Source of the DNA: a bacterium
GTDB taxonomy: Bacteria > Zhuqueibacterota > Zhuqueibacteria > Oceanimicrobiales > Oceanimicrobiaceae
Direction of reading: 5' to 3'
NCBI GenBank assembly: GCA_046757165.1
Contig: JBHHXT010000146.1
Location: forward strand, 1 to 12,196
DNA: 12,196 nt
Positions within the stretch are counted from its first letter, which is position 1, and the number at the start of each line of letters is the position of its first letter. Position numbers and translations under genes: made by a program. Below, in pieces: positions 1-7,847 of this stretch. A model generated the notes under the pieces. That model was not told the origin of the DNA. It saw only the letters and a list, made by a program, of their open reading frames with translations, and searched no databases.

Positions 1-60
1 CCCTCCGTGGAGGGGACAGGTTCAGACTCGTCCAGAGTCTGAACCAGGGGTGGGTCCACC
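1..60. repeat. REP-like palindromic elements (CCCTCC-GT-GGAGGG hairpin plus perfect 11-bp inverted repeat GGTTCAGACTC/GAGTCTGAACC)
   Basis: ccctcc(1-6)/ggaggg(9-14). ggttcagactc(19-29), 5-nt loop, gagtctgaacc(35-45). Followed by aggggtgggt. The element may extend past the window start. Confidence 0.6.
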
Positions 61-100
61 TGGCCTGGCGTTTTAGCCAGCTTATGAAACCATCTTCGTT

Positions 101-134
101 GATCCCAAAACACAGTCTGAGACTGTGTTGGATC
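101..134. repeat. Stem-loop / inverted repeat upstream of the C25 gene
   Basis: gatcc(101-105)...aacacagtc(109-117), tga loop, gactgtgtt(121-129)ggatc(130-134): 14 bp with a 3-nt bulge. Confidence 0.5.
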
Positions 135-243
135 CTGTTCGTCGTCGATACGCCTACTGATGCGAGCAAACGATTCCTGGAACGGCGACCTCCCCAACCG
201 CATAAAAAGTTGGAAATCATCTCAAAATTTCGTTTATTATTCC

Positions 244-3200
244 ATGATGCACACCAAACGACGCTTCTTGCTGGTTTGTTTTTTCTCTCTCCTGTCCCTC
301 CGGGCGGCGGCGAAAGAAGGCGATCCTTCTATTTTCGTCGTTGAGGAACGCAGTGCGGACCGTATCGTGTTTGCGCTGCGGCCGTTTGAGATCGACGTGA
401 GACGACTGAAAACGGAGGGGGGGGCATACGATGAAATCAATGTTCCTCAATATGGCGTGAGCACAGAGCCTGGCCTGCCCATGCTGCCAGAATCCGCCGT
501 CCTGGTGGTCTTGCCGCAGGGCGTGTCTGTGACGGCCTCTGTCCTGACCCGCGAGTTTGAAGATATTCCGGATGTGAACGTGCTCCCGGCGCCTGTGTTC
601 GCAGATGATGGTCCGGCCCCTGACGCTCCTGCCCTGTATCTTGAAAATGAGCGGGTCTACGCCTCCCGTGCTTTCTGGCCGACCCATCTGGTGGAGGTTG
701 GGGAAACAGGGGTGTTGCGTGGCCAGCGGGTGGCGAGGATCATCATCCGGCCCGTACAGTACAACCCGGGGCTGCAAACGCTGCGGGTTTTCAGGAAACT
801 CCGGGTTCTGGTGCGGTTTAGCCGGCCGGTGCTTTCTAAGCCAGCCAGCCAGCCCGGCGCCCGGCGTGATTTCTTCGCTGCGCTCAACCGCTCGGCCTTC
901 ATCACGGATCCACCTTTCGACCGCACCGGATTTAAGCAGCCTGCGGGCAGACGGCTTTTACAGGATGATGACTGGTACAACCCGCAGTTCGATTACACGA
1001 AGTTAGCCGTTGAGGAGGATGGGCTGGTTGCGGTGACCTATGACGAGCTGGCGCAAGCCGGCGTGGCCGTCGACATGCTGGAGTTGAGCACGCTCAAACT
1101 TCTCAACAAGGGCCAACAAATCCCGCTGTGGATCGAAGGTCCGGCAGCAAGTCGCTTTGGGCCTGAGCACACGGTGTACTTCTACGGCCGGCGCAACAGC
1201 AGCACGGCAGCGTATTTTGATTTCTATAGCGACACGAACATCTACTGGCTGACTTCCGGCGGCGAGGCCGGCATGCGATACAAGTTGCAGGAGCAGCAGA
1301 GCGGCGCGGCAGCCGTTTCTGATTTTTATTGGCAAAGGTTGCACCTGGAGCAGGACAACCTCATGCACCGCTCAAACGGCTCCAGCGTCATCGACCAGGA
1401 CGAAGGGTGGATCTGGCGCACCTTTTTTGAAGACGAGCGCGGGACGTTCGATTTCGACCTGGATGCCATTTACGAGCCGGCGGCGACCTGCACGTTGAGA
1501 GTCAGACTCAATGGCACGACGCGCGACCCGGTCGACCCGGACCACCATGTGCGGGTCACGCTGAACGGGACGGTTGTGGCGGAGGCATTTTTCGACGACC
1601 GTGAAGCGTATCTCCTGAATCAAGAACTTTCGACCAGCTTGCTGCTGCCGGGCCGCAACCGGCTGGAGATTCATCTGCTGCCCGGCAGCGGGGCGACGGT
1701 CAATCAAATCTATCTGGACTGGTTCGAGCTGATTTATGCGCGCAGACATGTGGCCACGCCGCAAGGCCTGGCGTTCGAACAGCCGGGCACCGCCGGCCTG
1801 CCAACGGCGGTCAACCTGCGAAACTTTCGTGAGGCGGAGGTCGTTGTCTTCCAGCCTGACCGGGCAAAAATGTGGCAGCCCCAGGCCGAGCGGCGTTCCT
1901 TTCTCAGTGTGGAATCCGCCGGGTTTGATGATGGCAAGTTTGTTCGCTTCCAGATCGATTTCGTGCCCTACTTATTCAACTCGAGGGGACATCATCTGGC
2001 GGTGCTCGATGCGCAAACCGGCGCGCCCGAGTTTCATCGTTTCGACACCAACCTCTCCTCCCAGGAGGCTGAGGCCATGGCGGAGTTCATCAACAGCCTG
2101 CCGGCGGGAACTCGTGTTATGGCCGGCATTGTGGATGAGGGGACCGCCAGCATGACCGAAAGCGCTTACCAGGCGCTCGAAAGTCTGGGCAGTGGGCTGG
2201 CGCGGGAGGTTGCCTGGCGCGACTCCTGGGCCCTGATTGGGCAGAAAGGGGCTGCCAGCGGCTCTGTGCCGGAAGCGTTGTCGCGACGACTGAGTGGGCC
2301 GGTGACGGTTCGGGATACGCTGCGGGATGAGGCTGCCTGGCGATACAGTGTGACGTTTCAGGATACCTCGCTGGCACCGGCGTTCTATTTTGCCGCCGGC
2401 AAATCTCAGGCGAAGAAGGTGGTGGCGATTACACCAGACCAGAGCAGCATTCTCCGCGACCCGAACCAGGGCGCAGACTATCTGATCATCAGCCACCGCA
2501 ATTTTCTTCCGGCAGCGCAAAGACTGGCCGACTACCGCCGGCAGCACGACGGCTTTCGCTGCCAGGCCGTGGATGTCCAGGACGTGTATGATGAGTTCAA
2601 CTTTGGCATCGAGCATCCGCGTGCCATCAAGGCGTTCGTCGAGTTCACCAGCTCAAACTGGCAGGTTCCCGGGCCAACGTTTTTGTTGCTTTTCGGAGAT
2701 GCAACCTGGGACCCGAAGCAGCTTCTTCCGGAAGCGAGCAAGCGGAACTTTGTGACCTCATACGGCATCCTGGTGTCGGATAATTGGTATGCGGCTCTGG
2801 ATGGCCCGGATGACCTTCTGCCCGACCTCTTTGTGGGACGAATTCCGGTTGAAACCCCGGAGCAGGCCGAGCTGGTGGTTGACAAGATCATCTTCTATGA
2901 ATCACAACCATTCGCGCCCTGGAGCAAGGAATTTCTCTTTCTGAATGGCGGCATCACGAGCGCAGAGCAACGTATTTTCTTGTCGCAGGCGGACACGCTG
3001 ATTGCGAATTACCTGGATTGGCCCTCGTTTCAGGGCAAGGCGTTCAGTTTTAATAAAACCGGCAATGAGGGCATCACGCAAGCTTTGCGCCGCAAGGTGG
3101 GAGACCGAATTGCCGAGGGCACGATATGGGTGAATTTTCTCGGGCACGCTGGCAGCGCCATCTGGGACATCGACATCGGCAATCCGGACGAATGGCAGAA

Positions 3201-6015
3201 CACCATTTTCCCGTTCATGACCGGCATGTCGTGTCATTCTGCGCGCTTCGCCAATCCGTTCGCCAACAGCTTGAGCGAGATCTATTTTATTCATCCCAAC
3301 GGCGCCGCGGCCTATTGGGGCTCCAGTGGCTTCGGGTATATCACGCAGGATTTCTTTCTCCTGCACGGTTTGTACAAAGCCGTGGCCCGTGACACGGTTC
3401 GGCGCGTGGGCGCCGCGACCACCGCGGCGAAAATCCATTTGTGGCAGGTGCTCGGCGACCAGATACGCAGCCGGTACGTCATCGACCAGTACACCCTGGT
3501 CGGGGACCCGGCGTTACGGCTCAACTTGCCCGACCAGCCGGAGCTGGCGGTACAGGCCGGGGAGATCACGTTTGATTCGGACTTTCTGTTGATTGCGGAT
3601 TCCACCACCACGCTGGCTGCAAAGATTCGGAACTATGGCCTGGTGCCTCAGGATAGCATCGACGTGCGGTTTTCCTTTTCAGGCGCCGGGCTGGCTTCGA
3701 CGCGCATCGATGAGGTTCGGGTGGCGCCGTTCGGCACCACCGACTCGCTTTTTGTGGCCTGGGATATTCCCGGCCAGCCGGGCTCCTACACCGTGGAAGT
3801 GCACCTGGACCCGCAGAACGAGATTTTCGAGCAGGATGAAAGCAACAACTCAGCAGCCGCCGGGATCGCGGTGTTTACTTCAGATTTGACTCTCATCAAA
3901 CCGTCTGACTTTGCCGTCATCAAGAGCTCGCAGCCAATGCTGGTCACCACCAACTCGCGGGCGCTCGATGGGGATCTGGGTTACTTTTTTGAGGTGGATA
4001 CATCGGCGAGCTTTGACAGCCCGGTGGTGGAGCAATCGCCGCGGGTTGAGCCGGGCAAGCTGGTAACGGCCTGGCAAACAGCGCTGCCCGCTGTCGGTGT
4101 CTACTTCTGGCGCGTCCGCACCTTTGACGGAGAGAACTTTGGCCCGTGGGCCAGCTCATCCTTTCTCTACGATTCCTCCTTCTCCTTTGAATGGCAGCAG
4201 GGTCATGCCAGCCAGTTCGAGAAAAATGACAGGGATGACCAGCTTGGCCCGGCAGCAGGCCACGAGATCGCTCTGAGGAGAAATCTGATCGTCTATGAGG
4301 CCGAATCGGGTGGTTTTTCCGACGGCAACTTCGCCTTCCTGCGCCGCAATGGTGAGTTTTTCGGGCCAAACCGAAGAGGCCACAACGTGGCGGTTTTTGA
4401 TGAAACCGACGGCGCGTTTTTGACCGCTGAAGTCTTTGATACCTTCGTCGATGCAGGAAATGCAGAGGCCCTGGCCCAACTCATCGATGACTTGCCTGAT
4501 GGCAGGATCGTAGTTGTTGCCATTCGCGATGAAGGAACAGTTTCCATGACCGAGTCTGCTTATCTGGCGCTCGAAGGTCTCGGCAGTGGCCTGACCCGGC
4601 AGGTGGGATTTCGCAACTCGTGGGCGCTCATCGGACACAAAGGCGCTGCAATCGGCTCGGCGAAGGAGGCGGTGCACTCGGTCGGTGAAGGCCCGGTGGC
4701 TGTGGTGGATTCTGTTTACCGGTTTGCCAGGGCAGGCCGCATGGTTTCCACCCAAATCGGACCCGTGGGCGACTGGGGCTCTGCACGGTTTGACTACACC
4801 GCTTCCGGCCAAAATGAGCAGATCGAATTTCGTGTTCTCGGACGGCGGCGGAACAGCGCGGCCAGCGACACATTGCTGAGCGCCGCCATCGGGGCTGCAC
4901 AAGTCGATCTTTCCGGTGTCGATGCCAGGCAATACCCCAGAATCCAGCTCGAAGCGCGCTTCATCTCCGAAGATGGCCTCACGACCCCCAGGCTGAGGTC
5001 GTGGGCGGTCGATTTCACCCCGCCGCCGGACCTGGTCGCCGGCGCAGAATCGTTCGAAACCGGGCGTGACACCGTGCAGGCCGGTGTTGACATCGACCTG
5101 ACGCTTTCCGTAGGCAACTTTGGCCTGACAGACAGCGACAGTTTTTCGGTTCGCATCGTGGCCGACCGGGAGCGGGCGAACAAAGAAGTGGTTGCGGCGT
5201 TCCGGACCGAGGGGATTGCCGTGGACAACCTGGCCACCTACACCGCCCTGCTGCAGACACAGGACTTGCTGGGAAAGGTGAGGGTGCGGGCGCAAATCGA
5301 TGCTGACGATGAAATCGCCGAAATCAACGAGAACAACAACAGTGTCTCGACCGAAGTCTGGGTCGTGCGAGACACCCTCAGCCCGGATATTCGCGTGACC
5401 TTCGATGGCCGCGAGGTGGTCGCCGATGAATTTGTTGGCGCCAACCCGGAAATTGTGGTGGAGATTCGCGACCAGGGCGCCCTGACCCTCACCGACACCG
5501 GGCGCGTGTCGATTTTCCTGGATGAACGGAAGGTGAAGTATGGCTCCGGGTCAGGCGAGGCGCAGTTTCTCCCGCAGCAGAGCCAGGCGGATCCGGCGCT
5601 CAAAGCGCTGGCGCTCTTTCACCCAAGCCTGTCGCACGGTCCGCATCAAATCGAAGTCGTTGCCAAAGATGCTTCGAACAACCTGCAGTATTTTCGCACC
5701 GAATTCGCGGTCAGCGAGCGCTTTGTGCTGGCGAATGTGATGAATTTTCCGAACCCGTTCCGCCGCTCGACTAGCTTCACCTATCTTTTGACACAGGAGG
5801 CCGACCGGGTTCAGATCAAGATCTACACGGTCTCCGGCCGCTTGATCCTGGTCTTGGACGCCGTGCCCGGAGAAGTGGGGTACAATCAAGTGCCGTGGGA
5901 CGGCCGCGACCGGGACGGTGATTCTTTGGCCAATGGCGTCTATCTTTATAAGGTCATCGCCACCAGAGGGGGGGAACAGTCAGAGGCGGTGGAGAAGCTT
6001 GTCGTGATGCGATGA
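244..6015 (+). CDS. Large secreted C25-family cysteine peptidase (gingipain/PorU-like) with C25 propeptide, two ILEI/PANDER domains, CARDB-like Ig domains and FlgD-Ig/T9SS-like C-terminal domain
   Basis: ORF is open from 160, but the ATGs at 244/247 give a classic signal peptide (MHTKRRFLLVCFFSLLSLRAAA|KEG). Propeptide motifs EPGLPMLP and IRPVQYNP. PorU-like KLAVEEDG...YSDTNIYWLT. C25 core ADYLIISH, VDVQDVYDEFNFG, FLLLFGD, SDNWY...DLFVGRIPV, NFLGHAG (His codon 3145-3147), GMSCHS (Cys codon 3232-3234), YTLVGDPAL. CARDB-like DPQNEIFEQDESNN and DADDEIAEINENNN. C-terminus NFPNPF...IKIYTVSGRLI...WDGRDRDGDSLANGVYLYKV...KLVVMR. Confidence 0.9.
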   Translation: MMHTKRRFLLVCFFSLLSLRAAAKEGDPSIFVVEERSADRIVFALRPFEIDVRRLKTEGGAYDEINVPQYGVSTEPGLPMLPESAVLVVLPQGVSVTASVLTREFEDIPDVNVLPAPVFADDGPAPDAPALYLENERVYASRAFWPTHLVEVGETGVLRGQRVARIIIRPVQYNPGLQTLRVFRKLRVLVRFSRPVLSKPASQPGARRDFFAALNRSAFITDPPFDRTGFKQPAGRRLLQDDDWYNPQFDYTKLAVEEDGLVAVTYDELAQAGVAVDMLELSTLKLLNKGQQIPLWIEGPAASRFGPEHTVYFYGRRNSSTAAYFDFYSDTNIYWLTSGGEAGMRYKLQEQQSGAAAVSDFYWQRLHLEQDNLMHRSNGSSVIDQDEGWIWRTFFEDERGTFDFDLDAIYEPAATCTLRVRLNGTTRDPVDPDHHVRVTLNGTVVAEAFFDDREAYLLNQELSTSLLLPGRNRLEIHLLPGSGATVNQIYLDWFELIYARRHVATPQGLAFEQPGTAGLPTAVNLRNFREAEVVVFQPDRAKMWQPQAERRSFLSVESAGFDDGKFVRFQIDFVPYLFNSRGHHLAVLDAQTGAPEFHRFDTNLSSQEAEAMAEFINSLPAGTRVMAGIVDEGTASMTESAYQALESLGSGLAREVAWRDSWALIGQKGAASGSVPEALSRRLSGPVTVRDTLRDEAAWRYSVTFQDTSLAPAFYFAAGKSQAKKVVAITPDQSSILRDPNQGADYLIISHRNFLPAAQRLADYRRQHDGFRCQAVDVQDVYDEFNFGIEHPRAIKAFVEFTSSNWQVPGPTFLLLFGDATWDPKQLLPEASKRNFVTSYGILVSDNWYAALDGPDDLLPDLFVGRIPVETPEQAELVVDKIIFYESQPFAPWSKEFLFLNGGITSAEQRIFLSQADTLIANYLDWPSFQGKAFSFNKTGNEGITQALRRKVGDRIAEGTIWVNFLGHAGSAIWDIDIGNPDEWQNTIFPFMTGMSCHSARFANPFANSLSEIYFIHPNGAAAYWGSSGFGYITQDFFLLHGLYKAVARDTVRRVGAATTAAKIHLWQVLGDQIRSRYVIDQYTLVGDPALRLNLPDQPELAVQAGEITFDSDFLLIADSTTTLAAKIRNYGLVPQDSIDVRFSFSGAGLASTRIDEVRVAPFGTTDSLFVAWDIPGQPGSYTVEVHLDPQNEIFEQDESNNSAAAGIAVFTSDLTLIKPSDFAVIKSSQPMLVTTNSRALDGDLGYFFEVDTSASFDSPVVEQSPRVEPGKLVTAWQTALPAVGVYFWRVRTFDGENFGPWASSSFLYDSSFSFEWQQGHASQFEKNDRDDQLGPAAGHEIALRRNLIVYEAESGGFSDGNFAFLRRNGEFFGPNRRGHNVAVFDETDGAFLTAEVFDTFVDAGNAEALAQLIDDLPDGRIVVVAIRDEGTVSMTESAYLALEGLGSGLTRQVGFRNSWALIGHKGAAIGSAKEAVHSVGEGPVAVVDSVYRFARAGRMVSTQIGPVGDWGSARFDYTASGQNEQIEFRVLGRRRNSAASDTLLSAAIGAAQVDLSGVDARQYPRIQLEARFISEDGLTTPRLRSWAVDFTPPPDLVAGAESFETGRDTVQAGVDIDLTLSVGNFGLTDSDSFSVRIVADRERANKEVVAAFRTEGIAVDNLATYTALLQTQDLLGKVRVRAQIDADDEIAEINENNNSVSTEVWVVRDTLSPDIRVTFDGREVVADEFVGANPEIVVEIRDQGALTLTDTGRVSIFLDERKVKYGSGSGEAQFLPQQSQADPALKALALFHPSLSHGPHQIEVVAKDASNNLQYFRTEFAVSERFVLANVMNFPNPFRRSTSFTYLLTQEADRVQIKIYTVSGRLILVLDAVPGEVGYNQVPWDGRDRDGDSLANGVYLYKVIATRGGEQSEAVEKLVVMR
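1903..2310 (+). other. ILEI/PANDER (FAM3/GG-type) domain, copy 1, within the C25 protein
   Basis: SVESAGFDDG...RGHHLAVLD...FDT...AMAEFINSLPAGTRVMAGIVDEG...ALESLGS...WRDSWALIGQKG. Boundaries approximate. Confidence 0.75.
4291..4710 (+). other. ILEI/PANDER domain, copy 2, within the C25 protein
   Basis: EAESGGFSDG...RGHNVAVFD...FDT...ALAQLIDDLPDGRIVVVAIRDEG...ALEGLGS...FRNSWALIGHKG. Clearly paralogous to copy 1. Boundaries approximate. Confidence 0.75.
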
Positions 6016-6023
6016 AGTCGTGG

Positions 6024-6047
6024 GGCAGTGGCCTTTGCCGTTTTTCC
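6024..6047 (+). terminator. Possible weak intrinsic terminator after the C25 gene
   Basis: ggcag/ttgcc 5-bp stem (one G-U) followed by gtttttcc. The stem is short. Confidence 0.25.
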
Positions 6048-6075
6048 TTGACATTTTTCAAATTATCCTTATTTT
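6048..6075 (+). promoter_or_regulatory. Sigma70-type promoter for the macro-ylxR-ylxQ-cyclo-ligase operon
   Basis: Perfect TTGACA (6048-6053), 16-nt AT-rich spacer, TATTTT (6070-6075). SD-like GGGAGGG lies just upstream of ATG 6115. Confidence 0.6.
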
Positions 6076-6114
6076 CAAAGGGAAGCCAGACACGCACCAC
6101 TGCGGGAGGGATCG

Positions 6115-6627
6115 ATGGACGTTGAGTTTGTAGTTGGCAATTTGACCGATTTTGAGGTGGAGGCGATTGTAAATCCTGCCAACTCGGAGGGCGAAATGGG
6201 GGGCGGCGTCGCGGGGGCCCTCAAGAAGGCCGGCGGTAAGAAGATCGAAGAGGAGGCGATGACCCAGGCGCCTATCGCTATTGGCAAGGCGGTGATGACT
6301 TCAGCCGGAAAGCTGAAGAGTGCGTTCATCATCCATGCGCCAACGATGAAAGTGCCGGCACAGCGCACCTCTGCTGAGAATATCACCCAGGCACTACACG
6401 CTGCGCTGACGACCGCCCGGGAATCTGGCATCAGGTCCCTGGCGATTCCCGGAATGGGGACGGGCACCGGCAAGGTGCCGGTCGAGGAGGCCGCCGAAGC
6501 GATGATTGCCGTTATCCGCAATCATCCTCTGGCCAGGAGCACTCTGGAGAAACTCGTTCTCGTGGACCGCAACGAAGCCATGGTGAGAGCGTGGGAACGG
6601 TGCTGGGTTCAGCCGGAAGAAGAGTAA
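6115..6627 (+). CDS. Macro domain protein (ADP-ribose binding/hydrolase, Appr-1''-p processing family)
   Basis: VVGNLT...EAIVNPAN...MGGGVAGALKKAGG...IGKAVMTSAGKL...IIHAPTM...SLAIPGMGTGTG. Good SD. Confidence 0.92.
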   Translation: MDVEFVVGNLTDFEVEAIVNPANSEGEMGGGVAGALKKAGGKKIEEEAMTQAPIAIGKAVMTSAGKLKSAFIIHAPTMKVPAQRTSAENITQALHAALTTARESGIRSLAIPGMGTGTGKVPVEEAAEAMIAVIRNHPLARSTLEKLVLVDRNEAMVRAWERCWVQPEEE

Positions 6628-6671
6628 AAAGCGAGGGGTCGCTCAAGACTCATCTTGCTCGCCCAACTGCC

Positions 6672-6947
6672 ATGTGTCCACATCAACCCATTCGAACCTG
6701 TATCGCCTGTCGCAAGAAAGCGTTCAAGCATGAGTTGCTTCGGCTCGTCAGGACTGGCACAAATGGAATTGAGATCGACCTTGAATATGACAAACCCGGA
6801 CGCGGCGCGTACCTGTGTTTTGAGCGGAATTGTATTGAACGGGCGATGCATGGCAAGCAGCCCCTCCGGCATTTGCACGTGAACCCGCCGCCAGGATTTC
6901 TACAAACACTCCTCGATATCTCGAATGAAAAAGCTCGACCAGGCTAA
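6672..6947 (+). CDS. ylxR: YlxR/RnpM (DUF448) family RNA-binding protein
   Basis: PIRTCIACRKK...ELLRLVR...D...KPGRGAYLC...CIERA signature. Start taken at ATG 6672 because the ORF-track start at 6591 overlaps the macro gene. Confidence 0.88.
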   Translation: MCPHQPIRTCIACRKKAFKHELLRLVRTGTNGIEIDLEYDKPGRGAYLCFERNCIERAMHGKQPLRHLHVNPPPGFLQTLLDISNEKARPG

Positions 6948-7230
6948 AAAACTGCTGGGATTGGCAAATCGCGCTCGCAAGGTGACGCTTGGGATGTCAG
7001 GGACCTCCAACTCGATCAAAAAGGGCCAGTGCCAGCTGTTGATTCTGACGATGGACATTTCCAGCAACACCCGGGCCAAGATCGCCGCAGCCGCCGAAGA
7101 GCGAAAGGTGCGGATTTTGACCTGTGGCAGCAAAGATGAATTTGGCCAGATTTTCGGACGCGCGGAGGTGGCTATCATCGGTGTTGAAGACGCAGGATTT
7201 GCCCGCGCCCTGCAAGAGATTCTCGGCTAA
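6925..7230 (+). CDS. ylxQ: L7Ae/L30e-family RNA-binding protein, YlxQ-like
   Basis: LLGLANRARKVTLG...IKKG...LLILTMDISSNTRAK...SKDEFGQIFGR...AIIGVEDAGFA. Overlaps ylxR by 23 nt. Confidence 0.85.
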   Translation: MKKLDQAKKLLGLANRARKVTLGMSGTSNSIKKGQCQLLILTMDISSNTRAKIAAAAEERKVRILTCGSKDEFGQIFGRAEVAIIGVEDAGFARALQEILG

Positions 7231-7233
7231 CAC

Positions 7234-7836
7234 GTGAACAGAAACTCCTATCTCAAAGAAGATCTGCGCGCTGAAATCAAGCAGAAGCGCGCCTGTCTAA
7301 CCGGCGAGCAGGTTCGCAGGGACAGCGCGCGTATCATTGCCCGGCTCGAGACGGTGCCCGGGTTTGCGCAGGCCAAAAGTGTGCATTGTTACGTCGCCTG
7401 GCAAAATGAAGTCCGGACGCACGAATTGATTCAGGAGCTGCTGCTGCGCGGCACCAGAGTTGTCGTGCCAGCCGTGGACCTGGCCAACCACACACTGGTT
7501 CATTCTGAAATCTCCAGCTTTTCGGACCTGCGACCGGGTGCATTCGGGATTCTGGAACCTGCCCCTGACGCCAGGCGGCCGGTGAACGTCGGCGACATCG
7601 ACGTGGTGATCGTGCCTGCCATTGCGGTGGATATGAGCGGCCACCGGATCGGCTATGGCGGCGGCTACTATGACACGTTTCTGGCGCACATCGGCGCTCT
7701 CAAGGTCGCCCTCGTTTACCATTTTCAAATCGTGGACAAGATTCCCACCCGCAACGAGGATGAGCGAGTGGACATGATCGTCACCGAAAGGGGCGTGTAT
7801 GAATGTGAGATGGAGGAGGACGGAAGGCAGAGGTGA
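7234..7836 (+). CDS. 5-formyltetrahydrofolate cyclo-ligase (YgfA/Fau family)
   Basis: KEDLRAEI...YVAWQNEVRT...VVVP...GAFGILEP...DVVIVPAIAVD..GHRIGYGGGYYD...D.RVDMIVTE. GTG start 3 nt after the ylxQ stop. Confidence 0.93.
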   Translation: MNRNSYLKEDLRAEIKQKRACLTGEQVRRDSARIIARLETVPGFAQAKSVHCYVAWQNEVRTHELIQELLLRGTRVVVPAVDLANHTLVHSEISSFSDLRPGAFGILEPAPDARRPVNVGDIDVVIVPAIAVDMSGHRIGYGGGYYDTFLAHIGALKVALVYHFQIVDKIPTRNEDERVDMIVTERGVYECEMEEDGRQR

Positions 7837-7847
7837 ATCGGCAAGAT

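Noticed and set aside
160..243. ORF-track start at 160 for the C25 protein
   Set aside because: It adds 28 residues before an obvious signal peptide and runs through an AT-rich promoter-like stretch.
217..5889. Many antisense and alternate-frame ORFs within the C25 gene, including the 379-aa ORF at 4156-5295
   Set aside because: Shadow ORFs of a GC-rich gene with no recognisable motifs.
6115..6627. Macrodomain as a DarG antitoxin or Thoeris ThsA defence component
   Set aside because: It is a stand-alone 170-aa domain with no DarT, TIR, sirtuin or TM partner nearby, and its neighbours are housekeeping-type genes.
6591..6671. N-terminal extension of ylxR from 6591
   Set aside because: It overlaps the macro gene, and the family signature begins right after ATG 6672.
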